From positions 3,160 through 67,159 of the forward strand of contig CACAAP010000001.1 of assembly GCA_902530535.1 (NCBI GenBank): a stretch of DNA of 64,000 bases, read 5' to 3'. Shown one piece after another: positions 57,518 to 64,000 of this stretch (position 1 is its first letter; the number at the start of each line of letters is the position of its first letter). Origin of the DNA: an uncultured Candidatus Poseidoniales archaeon (GTDB taxonomy: Archaea; Thermoplasmatota; Poseidoniia; Poseidoniales; Thalassarchaeaceae). The notes beneath the pieces were generated by a model, which had not been told where the DNA came from, searched no databases, and saw only the letters and a list, made by a program, of their open reading frames with translations. The position numbers and the translations under genes are program-made.

Positions 57518-57943
57518 ATGAGTGTGCATCGAGGAGAGTGGAGAGTTCACGCTAGTGCGGTAGACGATATTCGGGTTATTGAGGACTCATTAGCCTGGTT
57601 GTGTGGGGATGGAGTCAGAATATCTACACAAAAGGAAAAATCCACTCTAGGGGCTCCTATGTACACAATCTCAGCAAGTATGACTGCGAAGCAATCAATG
57701 TTCTCACTGGGTAGATTGGAGAGAGTTTCTATCGAGGGGATCCTAGACTCGGGAGTGGAGTCCAGGATAGACGAAGACAAGTTCCTTCACTTGAGGATAG
57801 ATTTAGCTGCACTGTCTAGAGGGAAGGGGGAAGTAACTCTAGACAAGGATACAATGGTTGCGAAGGGGAGATTCAAGTTGGAGGTTTATCCTGGTCAATC
57901 GGCATATGAAGTAGCCAGGAGTATTTTCGAAGGCCTCATTTGA
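57518..57943 (+). CDS. Archaeal RNA-binding protein (DUF54/COG1325-like)
   Basis: RVHASAVDD, SRIDEDKFLHLRID, KFKLEVYP-like C-terminal motif (RFKLEVYP). Confidence 0.6.
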   Translation: MSVHRGEWRVHASAVDDIRVIEDSLAWLCGDGVRISTQKEKSTLGAPMYTISASMTAKQSMFSLGRLERVSIEGILDSGVESRIDEDKFLHLRIDLAALSRGKGEVTLDKDTMVAKGRFKLEVYPGQSAYEVARSIFEGLI

Positions 57944-57990
57944 AAATCATACAAGTATTCATATGCTGATAACTGGCCTTAATGCACGGT

Positions 57991-58269
57991 ATGACTCACG
58001 TTGTGACTAGTGCATGCGTTCGATGCAAGTATCAAGACTGCGTCCATGTTTGCCCAGTTGAAGCCTTTAGGGAAGCCGAAGAATATCTCGTCATTGATCC
58101 GGATGAGTGCATAGACTGCGCGGCTTGCATTCCCGAGTGTCCAGCAGAGGCAATCTACGCCGATACCGACATACCAGAGGAAGAAATGTCGTGGCTAGAT
58201 AAAAATGAGGAAGAGGCCCCTGAGCTCCCCATCGCAGAAGGAGACTCTCCTGTTCTAGCCGACCAGTAG
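57991..58269 (+). CDS. fdxA: 7Fe ferredoxin (FdxA type)
   Basis: CVRCKYQDCVHVCPV and IDPDECIDCAACIPECPAEAI. Confidence 0.92.
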   Translation: MTHVVTSACVRCKYQDCVHVCPVEAFREAEEYLVIDPDECIDCAACIPECPAEAIYADTDIPEEEMSWLDKNEEEAPELPIAEGDSPVLADQ

Positions 58270-58311
58270 TCACGGTCCACTACATAGGTTCTTGAATATC
58301 GACTAAGAGGG

Positions 58312-59307
58312 ATGGACATGAAGAAGAGGGTTGATCTAGGCGAAATGAGGCATGGTACTGAGCTCCTCAAGAGGGGTTTCGCAAAGATGCAAGAGGGAGG
58401 AGTAGTTATGGATGTAGTCACGGCAGAGCAGGCTCACGTTGCAGAAGACTCAGGAGCAGTATCTGTGATGGCCCTGGAACGAGTCCCTGCCGATATCCGA
58501 TCTTCGGGTGGAGTTGCGAGGATGAGTCACCCTCAACTGATTAAAGAAATCATGGAGACCACGAGCATACCAGTCATGGCCAAGGCGAGAATTGGACATG
58601 ATGAAGAGGCCAGAGTACTAGAGTCCCTGGGTGTCGACATGATAGATGAATCCGAGGTTTTGACTCCTGCTGATCCGTTCTACCATATAGCAAAGAGCGA
58701 TTTCACGATCCCCTTTGTTTGCGGTTGTACCAGCCTAGGTGAGGCAGTTAGGAGGATTGCCGAGGGGGCCGCAATGATCAGAACCAAGGGGGAGGCAGGC
58801 ACAGGAAATGTTGTCAGTGCAGTCAAGCATGCTCGATTGCTTGAGGCGGAAATTGAGACCTCCAGTAATGCTGACTCAGATTCAAGAGCCGATATTGTAG
58901 AGAAGATTCTGGAAGGATACAGGAGGCTGGAAGAAAACTCAGAGATTGGTGCGAAAGTGGGGAAAACTCCGTTTGGAGAAATTGACTCCATAAGAAAGGA
59001 TCTTGCGAGCGTTCTCGAAGAGGTAATTGATCTAGGTAGACTACCTGTGGTAACTTTCTCTGCTGGTGGTATTGCAACGCCCTCGGATGCGGCCCTGATG
59101 ATGAGTCATGGCATGGATGGTGTTTTTGTCGGATCTGGCATCTTCAAGAGCTCTGACCCTACAAGAACGGCGGAAGCGATAGTTCTAGCAACTCATCACT
59201 TCGAAGATTCGCAAGTAGTTGCAGAAGCTTCTGAAATGGTTGGAGAAGCTATGCCCGGACTAGAAATAGATAGCCTGGAAGTCAGGCTCGACGAACGGGG
59301 ATGGTGA
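58312..59307 (+). CDS. pdxS: Pyridoxal 5'-phosphate synthase lyase subunit
   Basis: [53 protein letters not shown]. Confidence 0.97.
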   Translation: MDMKKRVDLGEMRHGTELLKRGFAKMQEGGVVMDVVTAEQAHVAEDSGAVSVMALERVPADIRSSGGVARMSHPQLIKEIMETTSIPVMAKARIGHDEEARVLESLGVDMIDESEVLTPADPFYHIAKSDFTIPFVCGCTSLGEAVRRIAEGAAMIRTKGEAGTGNVVSAVKHARLLEAEIETSSNADSDSRADIVEKILEGYRRLEENSEIGAKVGKTPFGEIDSIRKDLASVLEEVIDLGRLPVVTFSAGGIATPSDAALMMSHGMDGVFVGSGIFKSSDPTRTAEAIVLATHHFEDSQVVAEASEMVGEAMPGLEIDSLEVRLDERGW

Positions 59308-60297
59308 TTAGCGCTTTCCGCCACGGGAAGTACCTAGTCTCCTTGATTTCCGCTTTGATGCTGATTTATCTTCAACTTGTTGTGATTCACCCTCGCTAGA
59401 AACCAAGCCTCCAAAGGTGACTGATTTCCCTTCCAGAAGTATGTCAGCTAGGGAGTCTGCCAATTCTTCGTTCTGATCGGGCCCCCTTAGGGCCTGCCTG
59501 ACGGATTTGTTGTGATCTCGTACCATCTTCTCTCTCTGCTTGTGCTGAGAATGGAGCTTGTCCCTGATCTCATTGACCTTGGATAGCATTTCTACCAGGG
59601 ATGCGTGAGTCTCGTCTGCCTTTCCTCTTTCATGAATGAAAAGTGCATGCATCCTGTCTCCTTCGCCTCTGAGGAAGTCACGCTCCTCGAACATCGGCTT
59701 TATTTCATTCCAAATCTCGTCGGCTAGAGAATTCTGTTCGAGCATTAGTTTGTGTTCATTATCGGCCTCCGCTCTCAACCTCTGAATTGACTCGTCCATG
59801 TCGCTCAAATCGATTGATATTATCCTCTGCTGCTCGACATGAGGGATTAGTTCATCCCTTCTAGAAATCAAAGACCTCAGCTTCTTGATCATCGAATTCT
59901 CTTTTTCCAGAGTCAACGCGCCATCCGTCATGATTCGATCCTCGATCCTCTCTATCTCGCCAACTGTCTCGGATAGCTGTATGACTACGGACTTTCCAGG
60001 ACCCTGTCCCTTCGTCCCCTTCTTTCGGGCGATGACCTCCCTAATACTCTGCTGAATCTCATCCCTACTGGCTTGGTGAAGCTTGGCCTGAGCCCTGACT
60101 TTCTTTTGTTCGTCCATCTTTGCGGATATTGTTTCGTGGACTTCCTTCCTCTTCTCGTGAGCAGAGTTCCTCTGCTCTGCAGCACTCCTCGCAGAATCGT
60201 TGTGAGAGTCTCTTTGGCCCCTAATTCTGCTAAGTTTTGATTCCATGGCATGGAGCCTTGTCCTTAGGTCGTCAGAACCCTTGTCGTCATTCTCCAT
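59308..60297 (-). CDS. Archaeal long coiled-coil protein (COG1340-like)
   Basis: Heptad-rich helical sequence with central LTLEKENSMIKKL motif and basic tail. Confidence 0.7.
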   Translation of the reverse strand: MENDDKGSDDLRTRLHAMESKLSRIRGQRDSHNDSARSAAEQRNSAHEKRKEVHETISAKMDEQKKVRAQAKLHQASRDEIQQSIREVIARKKGTKGQGPGKSVVIQLSETVGEIERIEDRIMTDGALTLEKENSMIKKLRSLISRRDELIPHVEQQRIISIDLSDMDESIQRLRAEADNEHKLMLEQNSLADEIWNEIKPMFEERDFLRGEGDRMHALFIHERGKADETHASLVEMLSKVNEIRDKLHSQHKQREKMVRDHNKSVRQALRGPDQNEELADSLADILLEGKSVTFGGLVSSEGESQQVEDKSASKRKSRRLGTSRGGKR

Positions 60298-60331
60298 GCA
60301 ATTCCGACTAGTTTCCCCTTATTGAAGAGAC

Positions 60332-61906
60332 CTAAAGGCCGAATAACCTTGCTGCGAAAGGAAGAATAGGAGAAATAACTGCCAGAGCAGCTCCAAACAT
60401 GAATACTGCTCCGGTAGTCATTCTCAATCTAGTGAATAAGTCAGAGCGAACCTGGGATGTCAGCACCTTTCCAGAGATTAGATTGCCCGACGAGTCCTCG
60501 AGCCTTACAGTGACAGTAGCATCTCCCATCGAAGAAGGGATCAGCGTTTGCCAGACTATCCTGGACTTTGACATAGAGGAAGAAATCCTATCATAGTCTG
60601 GTTTTCCCCTTCGTAATTCTTTTTGTGGTTCCGACCTTAGTCTATAGACGCACTCATTGGGTCTGAAATCAGGCGTCTGGACGCGGAGAATCAGGTCTTG
60701 TACTTCGTTTGTGTGATTGAGGACGTAAGCAAATAGATTAGCCTGCCCTAGAGTTAGATTCTCCATGTCAACGTCGAACCAAATGCCTTGATTTGAAGGA
60801 CTCCCAAGATGCATGCGCATTCTGTCATTAAGCCTGAAGAAAGGCGCACAGCGCTCCCTTGCGTGCATAAGTAGGCGATCGAGGGTCTCTTCGCCTAGTT
60901 CTTCGTGATTGATGATCTGATCGACCGTCCTAGAATCAACCAATTCGGAAAGTGCAAGATGGAACTCATCCTCCTCAATGAGTCCTGACCGATACATGTC
61001 TAAAATCAGGAGAAGGTACTCCTGCAAGTCGGATATATTCACCCCCTTCTTCAGGTCTGATTTGAAAGAGGATACATACTTGGAGAACCTAACTGCTAGA
61101 ACGGGGTCGACATGAGCCCTAATTACGTCCGTGAAAGGCCTGTTTAGCAAGGCTGGGTGCATTGGCGGGGAGAATGCTTCTAGAAGGCCCCAGGGCTCTA
61201 CCGTGTTGAACCTGGGTCGATTCGAAACCATGTATACGCTATGGCCGGAAAGTAGTGCCCCGGTGGACAACGCGATTAGTACCGGTATTCCGTCGGTTTC
61301 TGATGGAAATATTAACGCAAGTCCAAGCATTATTGTGGATAGGGTCATCAGTGTTGTAGTGAGATTGAGTTGGTTTGATGCTCCGTCAATGACGGCCTTC
61401 ATCTCGCTATAGCCGTGTGCGCTACGGAAAGTAACGCCGGTTGAGATGATTTCCTCCGTCTCAATTTGGAAAATCCTCTTTGTGACCCATAGCAAGTAAT
61501 GCAAGACGAATAGCAGAAGTAGATCTGCTACCATAAGAGCAAGAGAAAGCAGGTATACTGATTTTGAAAATGATAAATCGAGGAATAGCTCTCGTACACC
61601 ACCTTGCCACCAATCAGGATCAGAGCTTCGATAAGACTGAGCCAATCCAAACAACATAACAACAACGATTGGGATGAATAGAATCAGGCGAGCGCCGCGG
61701 CTGATTAGTAAGTCGTCGATGCCGGTGAGTATGGCCTCGCGGCCCTTCAATGTGGACTTTTGATGAGATTTTCTGGGAGTATCATCGGACTTGCTAATCT
61801 CTTTGATATCAGGAGCGGGTGGCGCTTCTGACTGAAGTACCGACACCATCGAGTCTATGTCGCTCTCCAAGTCAATGATATCGGAGTTTTCTTCTTTTGC
61901 TGACAT
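60332..61906 (-). CDS. Hypothetical membrane protein
   Basis: 524-aa ORF with 4 N-terminal TM helices, a soluble domain and a C-terminal TM helix. Confidence 0.7.
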   Translation of the reverse strand: MSAKEENSDIIDLESDIDSMVSVLQSEAPPAPDIKEISKSDDTPRKSHQKSTLKGREAILTGIDDLLISRGARLILFIPIVVVMLFGLAQSYRSSDPDWWQGGVRELFLDLSFSKSVYLLSLALMVADLLLLFVLHYLLWVTKRIFQIETEEIISTGVTFRSAHGYSEMKAVIDGASNQLNLTTTLMTLSTIMLGLALIFPSETDGIPVLIALSTGALLSGHSVYMVSNRPRFNTVEPWGLLEAFSPPMHPALLNRPFTDVIRAHVDPVLAVRFSKYVSSFKSDLKKGVNISDLQEYLLLILDMYRSGLIEEDEFHLALSELVDSRTVDQIINHEELGEETLDRLLMHARERCAPFFRLNDRMRMHLGSPSNQGIWFDVDMENLTLGQANLFAYVLNHTNEVQDLILRVQTPDFRPNECVYRLRSEPQKELRRGKPDYDRISSSMSKSRIVWQTLIPSSMGDATVTVRLEDSSGNLISGKVLTSQVRSDLFTRLRMTTGAVFMFGAALAVISPILPFAARLFGL

Positions 61907-61909
61907 GTT

Positions 61910-62569
61910 TTAACCACCGATTGAGTTTATTCTAGCTAGAATTCTCATAGAGAGAGAGTCGGAAATAGTGAGGGTATCGCCATCACAAGTCCTTGAGTCG
62001 GCAGAGGTTTCGATAACAGATCCGATCATTATTCCGCAGTCTCTGATAGTTATTGCCTCGGTATCTGAAGAAATTATCATCTCCACTGTAGCAGTAGAAT
62101 GGACGGGAAGCTTGGAAAGGGGAAGAAGGGTCGATATGCCCATAGTTTCGAAGTCGCGCTCCACACTGGGTATCTTCTTCCCTTCACTCGAAAACTCCGG
62201 ATACCCCAGTAGACGATCAAGTGTGGATTCAAGATCAGAGCCAACTGCGTGTTCCATCTTACATGCTACTGCATGGACATCCCCATCAAATCCGATTAAA
62301 TCTGTAAGAAGTATCTCTAGAAGGATTTCCCTCCTCTTTATCCTTGCAGCAAGTTGGAATCCAGAGGGTGTGAGCCTAAATCCGCGATAGGGGATGTGTG
62401 TAACCATGTCTCGACTCGAGAGGCGTTGTATCATTTCAGTCACCGATGCTGCGCTGACTCCCTTAATGTCCGCGAGTTGAGTGGTCTTTACGATGGCAGC
62501 GGGATTATCCGAGTGAATCTCAAACATAGTCTTCAGATACATCTCCTCTATTTCACTAAAATCAGACAT
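61910..62569 (-). CDS. DtxR/IdeR family metal-dependent transcriptional regulator (with FeoA-like C-terminal domain)
   Basis: EEMYLK, GVSAASVTEMIQRL, PYRGFRLT, ACKMEH, LLGYP. Confidence 0.9.
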   Translation of the reverse strand: MSDFSEIEEMYLKTMFEIHSDNPAAIVKTTQLADIKGVSAASVTEMIQRLSSRDMVTHIPYRGFRLTPSGFQLAARIKRREILLEILLTDLIGFDGDVHAVACKMEHAVGSDLESTLDRLLGYPEFSSEGKKIPSVERDFETMGISTLLPLSKLPVHSTATVEMIISSDTEAITIRDCGIMIGSVIETSADSRTCDGDTLTISDSLSMRILARINSIGG

Positions 62570-62570
62570 T

Positions 62571-63998
62571 CTATACCCCCTCTGACTCAGCCATGAACTG
62601 AGTCTTGCAAACCGGGCATCTAGACATTATCGGTCTCTTCTCAATCTGCACTCTTAAGGCTTGATCGCATGTGGGGCAATGGAGTATATCATCAGAAGAT
62701 TTCACAACATTGAGTTTTTCAGTTTCTTCGTTTGACTCATCTGGTCCGCCAACCATGAACTCCATGGAGCACGATGGGCATCTGACCCCACCTACGTGGT
62801 CATTCGGCACCATAAGTCTCTGATCACAAAAACTACACTCAATCTCTCTCTTTTCAATTCTAAGTTGACTGCTCTGTGACTCTTTTGCCTCCCTTAGGCT
62901 TAGATTGGAGGTAGTGGGAGTCCTAGAGGAAACTGCTCTCCACGAGAACGTCCCTATCAGTATGATTAGGATGCCCGCGAGAATCCCGTATCCTGCAGCT
63001 AAAATATCGAATGGTAGCTCAAGCCCTTGGTCGTCGATATTTGGCTCGATTGAATAGATTCGCGTCGAGATAACACCGTCTGATGACCATTGGACCTCAA
63101 CATCCACGTTATCACGCTCAATCCATTCAGAGATTGACATTTCTGTAATCACAACTGATCCAGGCATTAAAGACGGGACTGTAGATTCGGCGAGAATAGT
63201 TCTCTCTGAAGATGATATCAGTCGCAATGTGCCAGATTGAGTATTATACTCATCAACATTACTAAGTGTAATTGTAACCAAAACTCTACTTCCGGGAGAA
63301 GGTTTTTCTGGATTGAAAATAGCTTCCAATTTGATAGATGATGGATCGATATAGGGAGCAGTAACAGATTCTGTTGTAATATTCTGCGAAAAGATAGACG
63401 ACGTCCATTGTACCGGAATTGCCTGAATGGTAATCTCTGTTGTTTCTGGATTTCCTAATGAGAAATCTATCACTCTGCGTCCAGGGTTTGCTTCAAGGAG
63501 GATTTCCTGTAAATTCTCAGTTTCTCCGGCTACTTCAGAAGACAGGGCTAGTAGAATCGGACGAGCCTTTCCCTCGGATAGGAAAACGGAGACGTCAATT
63601 TGAAGCCCTTCAGATGCAGACCAGGAAATTGAGTCTGTAGTTAGATTGAGAATCTGACTAGTTGAGACCTCAATAGATAGGTTTCCCTCCAAGTCAGTAT
63701 GCTCTGTTTGCCCTAGAACTGAGAGTTGCCAGTTGAATTCATTAGTACCCGGAAGCTCCATGATGAAGCTTGTAGGAACCTCTCTGGTTGAGCCGGGGGA
63801 AATCGAGATATATTCTCCCTGAAACATTTGTTCGCTTTCGGAATGTGTGATTTGGAGAGATACCGAACCGCTGGAGTTGCCTTTGTTGGTTACCATCAAA
63901 GAGGCAGTGAGCGTATCTCCGACATAGGCAGGCTCACCGGAAATTACCAGACCAGAACCACCTGAAGACGTGAAATTAGTAGAGTTACTAGGAGTATC
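62571..63998 (-). CDS. Cell-surface CARDB/Ig-like protein with TM helix and cytoplasmic double Zn ribbon (5' truncated by window)
   Basis: Frame is open to the window end. Beta-rich repeats, TM helix, then CSFC..CPSC and CPTC..CPVC. Confidence 0.75.
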   Translation of the reverse strand, partial: DTPSNSTNFTSSGGSGLVISGEPAYVGDTLTASLMVTNKGNSSGSVSLQITHSESEQMFQGEYISISPGSTREVPTSFIMELPGTNEFNWQLSVLGQTEHTDLEGNLSIEVSTSQILNLTTDSISWSASEGLQIDVSVFLSEGKARPILLALSSEVAGETENLQEILLEANPGRRVIDFSLGNPETTEITIQAIPVQWTSSIFSQNITTESVTAPYIDPSSIKLEAIFNPEKPSPGSRVLVTITLSNVDEYNTQSGTLRLISSSERTILAESTVPSLMPGSVVITEMSISEWIERDNVDVEVQWSSDGVISTRIYSIEPNIDDQGLELPFDILAAGYGILAGILIILIGTFSWRAVSSRTPTTSNLSLREAKESQSSQLRIEKREIECSFCDQRLMVPNDHVGGVRCPSCSMEFMVGGPDESNEETEKLNVVKSSDDILHCPTCDQALRVQIEKRPIMSRCPVCKTQFMAESEGV

Positions 63999-64000
63999 AG

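Noticed and set aside
58855..59030. Insertion of about 30 aa in PdxS
   Set aside because: Longer PdxS proteins with an insertion in this region are already known in several archaea. There are no intein motifs.
1..64000. CRISPR arrays, IS elements, rRNA and the many short antisense ORFs in the track
   Set aside because: No spaced direct repeats, transposase motifs or rRNA signatures were seen. The antisense ORFs are shadows of well-supported genes.

Overview
Gene-dense, roughly 45% GC archaeal chromosome segment. Archaeal markers (eS19, eL39, eL31, eS17, eS1, PAN, aMBF1, Tsr3, Kae1, tRNA splicing endonuclease, geranylgeranyl reductase, 7S SRP RNA) are mixed with bacterial-type metabolic genes (pntB, pyrD, folE, mqnC, hut, fdhD/fdhF-like, ygfZ). 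This mix most resembles Marine Group II Euryarchaeota (Poseidoniales); that placement is inference. The window is mostly core genome, with about 68 CDS, an SRP RNA and tRNA-Val(GAC). No CRISPR array, transposase, integrase or phage genes were seen. Four small CDS missing from or mis-started in the ORF track were recovered: rpl39e, a ribbon-helix-helix (RHH) regulator, a Zn-ribbon protein and a small membrane protein. Best leads: (1) a tightly coupled RHH-folE-queE-queC-msrB-queD preQ0/pterin operon with a perfect 16-bp palindrome at its promoter and a QueC lacking all four Zn-binding cysteines; (2) a Z-DNA-prone purine-pyrimidine tract in the topA promoter; (3) ribosomal protein eS1 fused to a SAP domain; (4) a candidate DtxR-type operator before the Mn-type SOD; (5) an AT-rich, palindrome-rich tract with a small Zn-ribbon gene before tRNA-Val. 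All family calls come from motif recognition by eye, not from database searches.
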